64,000 bases of DNA from Nitrospirota bacterium (GCA_016213935.1 JACQZG010000007.1:2206-66205); one strand, 5' to 3'; positions 49,895-60,049 are shown, numbered from the stretch's first letter. Numbers and translations: made by a program. The notes: generated from the letters alone by a model not told the origin.

Positions 49895-52231
49895 ATGAAA
49901 AAAGTTACGTTACAGGGAACCATCAACGGGAAGCGGACCCCCTCAAGGATTCTCGAGGAAGAGATACAGGATGCCGTTCGCCGGGGCGCGAGAGAGCTTC
50001 ACGTCATCGCAGACGGCCAGCACGGCATCGGCGGACGCATATGGCCTGCCGGCGAGCCGGTGAATATAACTGTTGAAGGCCCGGTCGGCCAGCGTCTCGG
50101 AAGCATGGGGATGTTCGGCACGAAGATAGTCGTAAACGGCGGGGCTTCGGACGATGTGGGCTGGATTAACTGCGGCGCAGAGATAACCGTGCTCGGCGAT
50201 GTCACCAACGGCGCTCATAACGCCTGCGCGCAGGGAAAGCTCTATGTGCAGGGCGGCGGCGGCGCAAGATGCGACACGATGTCAAAGCATAATCCGAGGT
50301 TCGACCCGCCCGAGTCATGGTACTTCAGGGATGTGGGCGACACATTCGCCGAATTCAAGGCCGGCGGAATAGCGGTCGTCTGCGGAGTCAACCCGAGAAA
50401 CCCTAAAAACATCCTCGGCTACAGGCCCTGCGTGGGCATGGTTGGCGGGGTCATATACTTCCGCGGCCCTATTGATGAAAGTTACTGCAAAGCGGATGTT
50501 AAGCTCCTCGACCTCACCGAAAAAGACTGGGAATGGCTGGCCGAAAACATAAAGCCGTACCTGAAGGCGATAAACAGGACTGAATACCACAAAGAACTCA
50601 CACGTTCCATAAAAGACTGGAAAAAATTTATCCCCTATACCGCGCAGGAGAGGGCGAAGAAGAAGTCGTTAAAGCTCTCCATCTCCGAATTCCGCGGCTC
50701 GATATGGGAAAAGAATGTGGGCAAAGGCGGGATCTTCGCGGAATATCTGACTCATCCCCTTACGGTTCTGCCTTACATCACTACAGGCGAAGAGAGGCGC
50801 TACAAGCCCCTCTGGAATAACCTGAAGTATTCACCTCCGTGCGAATTTAACTGCCCAACCGGCATCCCGACATATAAACGGACGCATTTTATAAGAGAGG
50901 GAAAACTCGGCGCGGCCCTCGAACTTGTCATGCAGTATTCTCCCCTGCCCGCGACAGTATGCGGCGAGATATGCCCTAACCTCTGCATGAACGCCTGCAC
51001 AAGGGCAAGGCTTGATAAACCGATTAATATAAAAGAGCTTGGGAAGGCGAGCATTAAAGCAAAGATACCTAAGCCGAAAAAGAACACGGGCAATAAGGTC
51101 GCTGTCATAGGAGGAGGCCCGGGCGGGCTCTCCGCGGCATGGCAGTTGAGGCTGCACGGCCATGAGGTTGAAATATTCGAGGCAGAGAAGAAGCTCGGGG
51201 GTAAACTCGAATACTGCATCCCGAGGGAGAGGCTTCCGCAAAAGGTTTTTAAGAAAGAACTTGAAAATATCGGCCTCCTCGGCATAGGGCAAAATCTGGG
51301 TGTTAAGGTTGACAGGAAAAAATTCGCCGAGATCTATAAGAAATTCGATGCCGTCATCGTGGCATGTGGAGCGCATAGCCCGAGAAAACTTAATGTGCCC
51401 GGAATAGATGACATGGTAACAGCCTATGATTTCCTAAAGGGCATTAACATGGGAAAGTTCCCTGACCTCAAAAATAAGAAGGTCGTCGTTATCGGCGCGG
51501 GCAATGTCGGCATGGACGTTGCCGCGAGCGCGTTCAGATGTGGAGCGAAAGGCGTAACCGCTGTAGATGTCCAGAAGCCCGCCGCATTCGGTGAAGAACT
51601 TGAGATAGCAACATCACTTGGAACAGAGGTATTGTGGCCAAAGTTCACTGAAAAATATGTGAAGAAAGAGAAGAAGATATATTTCAAAGACGGCGCATCG
51701 ATTGACGCAGACCTTGTGGTCGTCTCTATTGGAGACACTCCTGAAACGGCATTTCTGCCCCAGGGCGTGCAGGTCAACCAGAACGGCTGGGTTGAGGCTG
51801 ACGAAGCCGGGCATACCTCCGACGCAAAGATATTTGCCATAGGCGACGCCACAAGCCTCGGCCTCGTAACGCATGCCATCGGGCACGGAAAGAGGGCGGC
51901 TGACGCTGTCAATGCGATGCTCTCCGGCATATCCTACAACAGGCCGGCAATCAAGCCCGTCATCTCTTATGAAAAGATAAAGTCCGCGTATTATGATGTC
52001 TGCAGGGGCGAGAAGGCTACCCTGAAATCCGAGGCCGAACGCTGCATGTCATGCGCCGCGTGCCGCGACTGCCATATGTGCGAGGCTACCTGTTACTACG
52101 GGGCGATAAGCAGGAAGGAACTTTCCGGCGGCGCGTATGAATATGTCGTTGACGCCGGCCTCTGCATAGGATGTGGATTCTGCGCGGGCATCTGCCCCTG
52201 CGGCGTGTGGGAGATGGCGGAGAATGTTTAG
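49895..52231 (+). CDS. Glutamate synthase GXGXG domain fused to a GltD-like FAD/NAD(P) oxidoreductase and ferredoxin
   Basis: GQHGIGG, beta-helix GXGXG repeats, PCEFNCP, CGEICPNLC, GGGPGG, GAGNVG, C-terminal CIGCGFCAGICP. Confidence 0.9.
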   Translation: MKKVTLQGTINGKRTPSRILEEEIQDAVRRGARELHVIADGQHGIGGRIWPAGEPVNITVEGPVGQRLGSMGMFGTKIVVNGGASDDVGWINCGAEITVLGDVTNGAHNACAQGKLYVQGGGGARCDTMSKHNPRFDPPESWYFRDVGDTFAEFKAGGIAVVCGVNPRNPKNILGYRPCVGMVGGVIYFRGPIDESYCKADVKLLDLTEKDWEWLAENIKPYLKAINRTEYHKELTRSIKDWKKFIPYTAQERAKKKSLKLSISEFRGSIWEKNVGKGGIFAEYLTHPLTVLPYITTGEERRYKPLWNNLKYSPPCEFNCPTGIPTYKRTHFIREGKLGAALELVMQYSPLPATVCGEICPNLCMNACTRARLDKPINIKELGKASIKAKIPKPKKNTGNKVAVIGGGPGGLSAAWQLRLHGHEVEIFEAEKKLGGKLEYCIPRERLPQKVFKKELENIGLLGIGQNLGVKVDRKKFAEIYKKFDAVIVACGAHSPRKLNVPGIDDMVTAYDFLKGINMGKFPDLKNKKVVVIGAGNVGMDVAASAFRCGAKGVTAVDVQKPAAFGEELEIATSLGTEVLWPKFTEKYVKKEKKIYFKDGASIDADLVVVSIGDTPETAFLPQGVQVNQNGWVEADEAGHTSDAKIFAIGDATSLGLVTHAIGHGKRAADAVNAMLSGISYNRPAIKPVISYEKIKSAYYDVCRGEKATLKSEAERCMSCAACRDCHMCEATCYYGAISRKELSGGAYEYVVDAGLCIGCGFCAGICPCGVWEMAENV

Positions 52232-52271
52232 CATGTCACTGGCATGGGGTTTCAACTCCATGCATCCTTCA

Positions 52272-52301
52272 TTGACAAGAATTACCGGTTTTAAGTAATA
52301 T
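52272..52301 (+). promoter_or_regulatory. Sigma70 promoter
   Basis: TTGACA at 52272 and TAATAT at 52296, upstream of a ~145-nt leader. Confidence 0.55.
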
Positions 52302-52449
52302 ACTTCGTTCCGCGGTTTTACCGTCCTGAAGCATTCGGCTTTCAATCCATTGAAAGAGGAAACATCGCAGGATAGCAATGCGCCGGGCGCATATGAGCGG
52401 CCGGCATGCGTTTTGGATAGAACTATATATAAAAAAGGAGGTGTGGAAA

Positions 52450-52602
52450 ATGGCCGGAAAATCTAAGACAAACGTCTCAGCGCGCGCAGAATCAAAGAGT
52501 GTTTCAAAGATCTGCAGCCTCTGCGGCAATAAGGTGGAAGTAGTCATGGCTTACTCTCCTACCGGGAAGAAGAGCATGAAGCGTTTATGCTGCGGTAATT
52601 AA
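52450..52602 (+). CDS. 50-aa basic Cys-containing micro-protein (CxxC...CC)
   Basis: Strong RBS AAGGAGGTG; MAGKSKTNVSARAESKSVSKICSLCGNKVEVVMAYSPTGKKSMKRLCCGN; followed by a GC hairpin. Confidence 0.7.
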   Translation: MAGKSKTNVSARAESKSVSKICSLCGNKVEVVMAYSPTGKKSMKRLCCGN

Positions 52603-52612
52603 TAAACTATAC

Positions 52613-52648
52613 GCCTCCCGCGGTAAAGATATTATTCCGCGGGGGGCG
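52613..52648 (+). terminator. GC-rich hairpin after the micro-protein gene
   Basis: GCCTCCCGCGG...CCGCGGGGGGC. Confidence 0.55.
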
Positions 52649-52756
52649 GTTACCCGCCAAATTATTCTCAATCTGTCCCGTTAATCTTCATCCGCCTGAA
52701 AGAATACACTATTCCACTAATGTACAAAAAACTACACTTTTGTCGTAAAATATTAA

Positions 52757-54292
52757 ATGCCTTCAGGCAGGGCCTCAGACACTGAACTTATAGAGCGAAA
52801 GAATAAAGAGCTTGCCGCCATACTTGAGGTGAGCAGGGTGCTGACCGCCTCTTTCGACCTTGAGAACAACCTCTCATCGGCAATGTCCACACTCGGAAAT
52901 ATGCTTGACCTTCAGCGCGGATGCGTCTTCCTTCTTGACCAGCTTTCAAAAGAGCTGAGCATAGTGGCGGCGCACGGCCTCACCAAGCAGAATATTGAAA
53001 AGGGCAAATACCGTATAGGCGAAGGAATCGTGGGGAGGGTCCTTGAGCAGAAGAGCCCGATGGTGATATCCAATATAGGGAAAGAGCCTCTGTTTCTAAA
53101 TAAGACCGGTTCAAGGCCTGAGAAGGAGGGCATCTCTTTCTTATGCGTCCCCATAAAATTTAAAGACGAGCCTCTCGGCGTCCTGAGCGTTGACAGAATA
53201 TATTCAACTGAACACGGCAGTGTGGACGATGACTTGAGGGTCCTGAATATAATCGCGTCGCTCATAGCGCAGTTTGTGAAGCTCCGGGAGAGTTTTGTAG
53301 AGGTGGAGAAAGAGAAAGAACACCTTAAAAGGGAGCTTAAGGGCAAGTACAGCATAGACAATATCATAGGCCTCTCGGACAGGATGCAGGAGGTCTTTGA
53401 GGCGGTTCACAGGGTTGCGCAGTCAAAGGCGACCGTGTTGCTCAGAGGCGAAAGCGGGACAGGCAAGGAGCTTATCGCGAAGGCGATACACTACATGAGC
53501 GCGAGGAGCAAGGGGCCGTTTATCAAGTTTAACTGCGCTTCGATCCCGGAGGGGCTTCTTGAGTCAGAGCTCTTCGGCCATGAAAAGGGCGCGTTCACCG
53601 GCGCCATCTCAACGAGAAACGGCAAGTTCGAGCTTGCTAACGGCGGAACTATATTCCTCGATGAGATAGGCGACCTTCCGATACTGCTTCAGCCGAAGAT
53701 ACTGCGCGTGCTTCAGGAGAGGGAATTCGAGCGCGTCGGGGGGCATAAGGCGATAAAGGTTGACATAAGGATAATCACAGCTACAAGCAGGGACCTTGAG
53801 AGCCTTGTCTCGCAGGACAGGTTCAGGGAAGACCTCTACTTCAGGCTCAATGTGATTCCCATCCTCCTTCCGCCTCTGAATCAGAGGGGCGAGGACATCC
53901 CGCTTCTCATAGAGCATTTCCTTAAAAAGTTCAACGAGGAGAACAGGAGGTCTGTTTGCCTGGATAAAACCGCGATGCAGATATTCCTTGATTACGGCTG
54001 GCCCGGCAATGTGAGAGAACTTGAAAATACCATCGAGCGGCTTGTGGTCATGTCACCAAAAGATAAAATATTCGCTTCAGACCTTCCCATATCTTTAAGC
54101 CTCCGGCGTCCGAAAACCTCAAGAGGCGAGATGTCACTAACAACCGATTTGAAAGAGCTTGAGAAGGTGAATATCATGGATGCGCTTGAAAAGACCGGCT
54201 GGGTTCAGGCAAAAGCAGCGCGCCTCCTCGGCATCACATCAAGACAGATCGGGTATAAGATGAAAAAGTTGGGGATAGAGGTTAAGGGGTAA
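52757..54292 (+). CDS. NifA-like sigma54-dependent activator (GAF-AAA+-HTH)
   Basis: GAF ([15 protein letters not shown]), [29 protein letters not shown], Fis-type HTH. No nif structural genes in the window. Confidence 0.93.
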   Translation: MPSGRASDTELIERKNKELAAILEVSRVLTASFDLENNLSSAMSTLGNMLDLQRGCVFLLDQLSKELSIVAAHGLTKQNIEKGKYRIGEGIVGRVLEQKSPMVISNIGKEPLFLNKTGSRPEKEGISFLCVPIKFKDEPLGVLSVDRIYSTEHGSVDDDLRVLNIIASLIAQFVKLRESFVEVEKEKEHLKRELKGKYSIDNIIGLSDRMQEVFEAVHRVAQSKATVLLRGESGTGKELIAKAIHYMSARSKGPFIKFNCASIPEGLLESELFGHEKGAFTGAISTRNGKFELANGGTIFLDEIGDLPILLQPKILRVLQEREFERVGGHKAIKVDIRIITATSRDLESLVSQDRFREDLYFRLNVIPILLPPLNQRGEDIPLLIEHFLKKFNEENRRSVCLDKTAMQIFLDYGWPGNVRELENTIERLVVMSPKDKIFASDLPISLSLRRPKTSRGEMSLTTDLKELEKVNIMDALEKTGWVQAKAARLLGITSRQIGYKMKKLGIEVKG

Positions 54293-54294
54293 CA

Positions 54295-54986
54295 CTAAAT
54301 ACTATTTATATACTCCAGGCAAACCTCTTTATCCACAAGGCTCTCAAGAACGAGGTCAGCGCCGGCATCATTAAGTTCATCCATGCTGTAAGGGCCTGTG
54401 GCTACGCCTACTGCGTGAGCGCCGTGTATCTTTGCGCATCTGACGTCGCGGGGCGTGTCGCCGATGACAACGCTTTTTTGAGGCACAGCCTGCACGCCTA
54501 TCTTTGAGAACTTCTCAATCGCTATGGGAAGGAGCATATCCCTGTCTTCATGGTCGCTTCCGAACGCGCCCGCGGAAAAATATTTAAAAAGCCCGAACGG
54601 CTCCAGCTTTATTCTTGCCCCTTGTTCGAGGTTCCCGGTCAGAAGCCCGAGAGGAACCGAATCCGATTCAAGCGCGTCAAGTATTTTAATCACTCCCGGC
54701 TTCATCGCTTTCCACGGGTTATTTATCTCCCTGAAAAGTTCTTAAGGTATTTTTCCCTGAGAGCATCGACCTCTCCGTTTACGCAGGGAATGCCGTGAAT
54801 GCCTAATGCTTTCTTCATTATCTGAATATCAGTCATTCCGGCCATCTTAATCTCCCGGAAAGCGTCTTCAATTCCGAAAAGCTCTTTAAACGCGATATTC
54901 AGCGACCTCGTCCCTGCCCTGCCTGAATCGATGAGCGTCTCGTCAATGTCAAAAAGAATAAGCTTGTTATTCATCATTTTTATCAT
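54295..54986 (-). pseudogene. HAD-family hydrolase split by a 1-nt frameshift near 54735
   Basis: Motif I FDIDETL in 54986-54723; LLTGN and IGDTPRD in 54705-54295. Adding one base in AAGAACTTTTCAGGGAG restores KNLFREINNPWK. Confidence 0.8.
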
Positions 54987-55127
54987 AGAACAGAGATTGC
55001 GAGAGATGCAATTATTGAATAATTCAAAGGAGAATGTCTATAATCAAAAAGTGCTTCCTCTGCCAAGAAACAATCGGGGCAATCATTTTTATAAATCAGT
55101 GTAATCTTTTTTAATAAGGAGCGATAA

Positions 55128-55892
55128 ATGATCAAGGTCGGAATTATCGGAGGCTCGGGGCTTGACAACCCTGATATATTGAAAGACGCAAAAGAATTTA
55201 AGGCGCAGACCCCGTACGGCCCGCCGACATCAACGCTCATCGCCGGCTCGATAGATAAAGTAGCTGTGGCAATAATAGCGAGGCACGGCAGAGACCACTC
55301 GATATACCCTTCAAAGGTGAACTTCAGGGCAAACATCTGGGCGCTGAAAGAGCAAGGCTGCACCCACATCCTCGCATCTACGGCAGTCGGCTCTCTGAGG
55401 GAAGAGATCGCACCCGGGCATCTCGTATTCCCGAGCCAGTTCATTGACCACACAAAAAAGAGAGAGGCCACATTCTTTGACGAAGATGTCGTTGTCCATA
55501 CGCCCATGGCAGAGCCTTTTTGCCTGAATCTTATTGCCCTGCTCTCCTCATCGGCTAAAGGTCTCGGCCTCCCGTTTCACCCAAACAAAACCGTAATAAC
55601 GATCGAGGGGCCGAGATTTTCGACAAAGGCGGAGAGCCATATGTTCAGGAGCTGGAACGCGGATGTGATAAACATGAGCACAGTGCCTGAGGTCAATCTC
55701 GCGAGGGAGAAGAAGATTCATTACGCCGCGATAGCCATGTCAACGGATTATGACTGCTGGCATGCGGAGGAAGAACCTGTCACATGGGAGATGATACTTT
55801 CAACAATGAAGAAGAACGCAGACAATGTCATAAAGCTTTTCCTTGATGTTATACCAAAGATTAAAGCATATGAGGATGACTGCTTAAGATAA
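55128..55892 (+). CDS. mtnP: S-methyl-5'-thioadenosine phosphorylase
   Basis: GIIGGSG, ARHG, EGPRFSTKAES, NMSTVPE, TDYDCW. Confidence 0.93.
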   Translation: MIKVGIIGGSGLDNPDILKDAKEFKAQTPYGPPTSTLIAGSIDKVAVAIIARHGRDHSIYPSKVNFRANIWALKEQGCTHILASTAVGSLREEIAPGHLVFPSQFIDHTKKREATFFDEDVVVHTPMAEPFCLNLIALLSSSAKGLGLPFHPNKTVITIEGPRFSTKAESHMFRSWNADVINMSTVPEVNLAREKKIHYAAIAMSTDYDCWHAEEEPVTWEMILSTMKKNADNVIKLFLDVIPKIKAYEDDCLR

Positions 55893-55924
55893 AATTTTTC
55901 AAGTGTAAAATAAGGAGGAAGCGC

Positions 55925-56458
55925 ATGAGCATTAAATCTAAAATCAGGACCATTCCGGACCACCCCAAGAAGGGCATCATGTTCAGAGACATCACGACTC
56001 TCATAAAAGACCCTGTGGGCTTCAGGCTCGTCATTGACAGCTTCACGCAGAGATATATAGAGGACGGCGTCAAGTTCGACATTATCGTAGGCATCGAAGC
56101 AAGGGGATTTATCATAGGCGGCGCCCTCTCCTATACGCTCGGGAAGGGATTTGTGCCGATTAGAAAGATAGGCAAGCTTCCTGCCGAGGTCGAGAGGCAT
56201 GAATACGAGCTCGAATATGGCACGGACACTGTCGAGATACATAAAGACGCCATAGCAAAAGGCGCGAGGGTGCTTCTTGTTGACGATCTCCTTGCCACGG
56301 GAGGCACAGCACTTGCCGCCGCCGCGCTTATTGAAAAACTCGGAGGAAAGGTTGCGGAGATGGCATTTATCGTTGACCTTCCGGATGTCGGAGGCCACAA
56401 AAAACTTACTGACAAAGGATACAGCGTTCACTGCCTGACAGAGTTTGAAGGGGATTAA
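55925..56458 (+). CDS. apt: Adenine phosphoribosyltransferase
   Basis: PKKGIMFRDIT, EARGF, LEYG, VDDLLATGGT. Confidence 0.96.
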   Translation: MSIKSKIRTIPDHPKKGIMFRDITTLIKDPVGFRLVIDSFTQRYIEDGVKFDIIVGIEARGFIIGGALSYTLGKGFVPIRKIGKLPAEVERHEYELEYGTDTVEIHKDAIAKGARVLLVDDLLATGGTALAAAALIEKLGGKVAEMAFIVDLPDVGGHKKLTDKGYSVHCLTEFEGD

Positions 56459-56580
56459 ATCCAATGCCTTTTGAGCTGCCGCATCGGGCTTTAATATATT
56501 ACTCAAAAAAATTACACAACTTTTTTGTTGAATGTGGTAACATATGGCCTTTATTTTGACGACAGAGAGCTTTTTGGAAA

Positions 56581-56874
56581 ATGGATAAGAGACGCCATTC
56601 AAGGCTTAACATCAATCTCAGCGCCGAACTTATAGACGGCGAAAAGAAATATAACGGTTTTATCGAAAACTTCTCAAACGGCGGGCTTTGTATAAGAAGC
56701 GCGCCCCATGAAAAGTTTGAAAACATAGGCCCCGGCGACAAGATAACGGTCAGGTTTCAGGCCAATCCTAAAGATATATTGACTATGTGCTACAGGATTA
56801 AATGGCTGTCGATACTCGAAACCACCCCCATCGGCTCTATTTGTAAAATGGGCGTGGAATACTGCACGAATTAA
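56581..56874 (+). CDS. Stand-alone PilZ domain protein
   Basis: RRHSR (RxxxR) and NFSNGG ([DN]xSxxG). Confidence 0.8.
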   Translation: MDKRRHSRLNINLSAELIDGEKKYNGFIENFSNGGLCIRSAPHEKFENIGPGDKITVRFQANPKDILTMCYRIKWLSILETTPIGSICKMGVEYCTN

Positions 56875-56959
56875 ATAACCCCGTTTCGGGCCCGGCCATT
56901 CCCGCCTCTTCATAACTCTTTTGACATTTATTGATACTGCAGGGGTGTTATCATAATAC

Positions 56960-57589
56960 ATGACATTTAAAATCGACCTCCATGTCCATTCAAAATACAG
57001 CGGCGATACAGATTCAGAGCCTGAAGAGACGGTTCTTCACGCAATCGCTTCAGGACTGCGCGGCATAGCCTTTACGGAACATTATTCATACGCTTCATCT
57101 GAATTCGCTGATGAACTGAGAGGAAAATATCAAGAAAAAATACTCATCCTCAGAGGCGTTGAGTTCTCTGCCGCGGAAGGCCACTGCCTCATATTCGGCG
57201 TTGACACTGACAGGCTCGATATTAAGAATGCGTCAGTAACAGAGCTTATCCCTGTTGTAAATGAGAAAGGCGGAGTGGCCATACCGGCTCATCCCTTCAG
57301 AGTAGCAAACAGCATGGGGGATAAGATAAAAAACCTGAAGGGGCTCTATGCCATAGAGGGATATAACGGATACTCCCATCACTCTCAAAACCTGAAGGCC
57401 CTCACCCTCGCGGAAGAGATGAATCTGCCGTACACGGGCGGCTCTGACGCGCACCTCTCACATGAAGTAGGCTCATGCTTCACAGAGTTTTACAATCAGG
57501 TCACATATGAAAACTTCCTCCATCTCCTCAAAAAAGGGAACTTCAGGGGAGTCGATACAAGAAAGGTGAGCCGGGCCTGGCCGTTTTAG
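56960..57589 (+). CDS. PHP-domain metal-dependent phosphoesterase
   Basis: DLHVHS, FTEH, GVE, GH, AHP, GGSDAH. Confidence 0.9.
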   Translation: MTFKIDLHVHSKYSGDTDSEPEETVLHAIASGLRGIAFTEHYSYASSEFADELRGKYQEKILILRGVEFSAAEGHCLIFGVDTDRLDIKNASVTELIPVVNEKGGVAIPAHPFRVANSMGDKIKNLKGLYAIEGYNGYSHHSQNLKALTLAEEMNLPYTGGSDAHLSHEVGSCFTEFYNQVTYENFLHLLKKGNFRGVDTRKVSRAWPF

Positions 57590-57649
57590 AAAGCCTTTTC
57601 ATCAGCCTCCTCTTTCACGTTTTTTAAGATCCTGCCAAATATTATTCAG

Positions 57650-57761
57650 TACAATAATGTCTGACCGTTTCATTTGCGTACTTTTTAATACCTTATTGTA
57701 GTTGCTCATTGGGTCACTTCTTTTAAAAATCAATGGGTTATAACTTGGCATGTTTCTGGCA
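57650..57761 (+). promoter_or_regulatory. Sigma54 promoter with IHF site and candidate upstream activator sites
   Basis: TTGGCATGTTTCTGGCA (GG 57747-48, N10, GC 57759-60). AATCAATGGGTTA at 57728-57740 matches WATCAANNNNTTR. TACAATAA (57650) and its inverse TTATTGTA (57693) lie upstream. Confidence 0.8.
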
Positions 57762-57773
57762 ATATATATTTTT

Positions 57774-57959
57774 ATGAGATTGCTGAAAGAGAAGATTGAA
57801 AACTACGAAAAGAGCGCGATAGTAAATGCCCTGATCGAATGTGGCTGGGTGAAGTCAAGGGCGGCAAAAATGCTGGGCATCACCGAGAGAATGATTGGCT
57901 ACAAGATAAAGAAGTACCGGATTCGAAGAGAAGGAATAGGGTTGAGAGTTAAAAGTTGA
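57774..57959 (+). CDS. Stand-alone Fis-type HTH protein similar to the C-terminus of the NifA-like activator
   Basis: EKSAIVNALIECGWVKSRAAKMLGITERMIGYKIKKY versus [37 protein letters not shown]. Start placed at ATG 57774, downstream of the sigma54 site. Confidence 0.75.
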   Translation: MRLLKEKIENYEKSAIVNALIECGWVKSRAAKMLGITERMIGYKIKKYRIRREGIGLRVKS

Positions 57960-58019
57960 AAGCTGCGAATGAGAGGCATATTGAACAATGCCTAAAAAAA
58001 TAAAAATCAGGAGGATAAG

Positions 58020-58720
58020 ATGAAAATTTTCAGAGTTGTTGCAGTAAAAATGATTTTACTTGTAATGTTTGCAGGCATCGCTTCTGCCACACCGTCAACA
58101 CAGATATGGATACCATCGTCCGATATTCAGGCGTTTAAAAGACGGAAACACAGGACGGCGTTAACGAAGCGACCGTCACAAATTTAGGTTTGACTGTCGG
58201 TGTATTGCCTTTTGAGAAGTTTCAGGCTGAGATCGGAGCGGATTACAGGGATGCCAACGGCAATCATGAATATCCCCTGCTCTTCAACGCGAAGTTCGGA
58301 ACACCTGAAGGCGTGTTATTTGAGGGTTCGCCTGCAATAGCGGTTGGAGGATATGATTTCGGAACAGAGAGCGATGTAAGCGACTATAACCTTGTCTACG
58401 GCATTGTGGCAAAGACCTTCGGAAAAGCGGGCAGAATATCGGCGGGATATTATTCCGGCAATAAAGACCTTCTGCTCGACATTGACGGCAACGAAGATGA
58501 CAGCGGCCTGCTCTTTTCATGGGACAGGAACATTCCGGAAATATCTGACAAGCTCTGGGCCGCTGTCGATTATCAGGGCGGGAAGAACGGTTATGGCGCA
58601 TTGAGCTTCGGTGCCGCGTGGAAGTTCGCTCCGAATGTAGGCGTGATATTCGGCTATGACATTTACAATGAGAGCGCTTATAAACCGACTGCGACCATAC
58701 AGTTGGATGTGGATTTTTAA
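58020..58720 (+). CDS. Putative outer-membrane beta-barrel/porin, frame broken near 58140
   Basis: RBS AGGAGG plus ATG 58020 gives a signal peptide and ATPSTQIWIPSSDIQAFK; a second frame continues TETQDGVNEATVTNLGLTVG to C-terminal IQLDVDF (terminal Phe). Confidence 0.7.
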
Positions 58721-58738
58721 TATAAGGAGGGAAATTGG

Positions 58739-60049
58739 ATGAAACGATTATTGAGTATTTTATTTGCAGCGCTGACACTATTGAGCATCGCGGGTTTTGC
58801 TTTTGCTGAGGGGGTGGCGGCGGCAAAGATTGACACCGGCGATACCGCATGGGTTCTGATCTCAACCGCGCTTGTCATGCTGATGACGCCGGGGCTCGCG
58901 CTTTTCTACGGAGGCATGGTGAGGCGGAAGAACGTGCTTGGAACGATAATGCAGAGCTTTATCGCGCTCGGAGTCGTAACAATCATATGGGTGCTTTACG
59001 GGTACAGCCTTTCATTCGGGCCGGATGTCGGACATATAATCGGGAACCTTGACTGGATCGGTTTAAAAGGCGTGGGGCTTGACCCAAATCCTGATTACGC
59101 GGCAACGATACCGCATCAGGCCTTCATGATATTTCAGATGATGTTTGCCGTCATCACTCCCGCGCTTATAACGGGTGCGTTTGCGGAGAGGTTCAAGTTC
59201 AGCACGTATCTCGTCTTTCTTGTGGTCTGGGTAACTTTTGTATACTTCCCGCTCGCTCACTGGGTATGGGGCGTCGGAGGGTGGATAAGGAATCTCGGAG
59301 CGCTTGATTTCGCGGGCGGGCTGGTTGTTCACATAAGTTCAGGCGTATCAGCACTGGCGGCGGCGATAGTTGTCGGAAAGAGAAAGGGCTATGGCAAAGA
59401 AGCGATGATGCCGCATAACGTCACAATGACGCTTCTCGGAGCCGGGTTATTGTGGTTCGGGTGGTTCGGGTTTAACGGAGGAAGCGCGGTCGCGTCAGGC
59501 GCTCTCGCGGCATCAGCCTTTGTTGTTACGCATATCGCTACTGCGGCGGCGGCATTATCATGGACGTTTGCCGAATGGAAGCACAGAGGAAAACCGACAG
59601 CCCTCGGCGCTGCATCGGGAGCGGTTGCCGGGCTTGTCGCAATCACGCCGGCATCAGGATTTGTCGGGCCGATGTCATCGATCGTCATCGGGCTTGTGGC
59701 GGGAGCCCTCTGTTACTGGGCGGTAAATCTCAAGACGAAATTAGGCTATGATGATTCGCTCGACGCGGTCGGAGTTCACGGCGTTGGCGGAACATGGGGC
59801 GCGATAGCAACCGGCCTTTTTGCTTCAAAGGCAATAAATGCGGCAGGCAGTGACGGTTTATTTTTCGGGAATCCGTCTCTCCTGATAAATCAGTTGATAA
59901 GTATAGGCGCCGCATGGGTGTATTCCTTTGTGGTCACACTGTTCATATTAAAGGTTCTCGATGTAATGATGGGGCTGAGAGTTGACGAAGAGAGTGAACT
60001 TGCCGGATTAGACCATGCTCAGCATGGGGAAAGCGGATATATGCTATAG
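58739..60049 (+). CDS. amtB: Ammonium transporter (copy 1)
   Basis: Signal peptide, DTGDTAW, FQMMFA, DFAGG..VH, WFGWFGFNGGS, DDSLD...VHG. Confidence 0.97.
   Translation: MKRLLSILFAALTLLSIAGFAFAEGVAAAKIDTGDTAWVLISTALVMLMTPGLALFYGGMVRRKNVLGTIMQSFIALGVVTIIWVLYGYSLSFGPDVGHIIGNLDWIGLKGVGLDPNPDYAATIPHQAFMIFQMMFAVITPALITGAFAERFKFSTYLVFLVVWVTFVYFPLAHWVWGVGGWIRNLGALDFAGGLVVHISSGVSALAAAIVVGKRKGYGKEAMMPHNVTMTLLGAGLLWFGWFGFNGGSAVASGALAASAFVVTHIATAAAALSWTFAEWKHRGKPTALGAASGAVAGLVAITPASGFVGPMSSIVIGLVAGALCYWAVNLKTKLGYDDSLDAVGVHGVGGTWGAIATGLFASKAINAAGSDGLFFGNPSLLINQLISIGAAWVYSFVVTLFILKVLDVMMGLRVDEESELAGLDHAQHGESGYML

Noticed and set aside
52240-52265. TGGCAT as a sigma54 promoter after the glutamate synthase
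   Set aside because: There is no GC at the -12 position; it is better explained as the hairpin GCATGGGGTT/AACTCCATGC.
52303-52420. Leader as a glutamine (glnA) riboswitch, ykkC riboswitch or hammerhead
   Set aside because: Core consensus elements were not found by eye; it is kept only as an unassigned structured leader.
52757-54292. Evidence for nitrogen fixation from the NifA-like gene
   Set aside because: No nifHDK or cofactor genes are in the window, and the GAF-AAA-HTH architecture alone does not imply diazotrophy.
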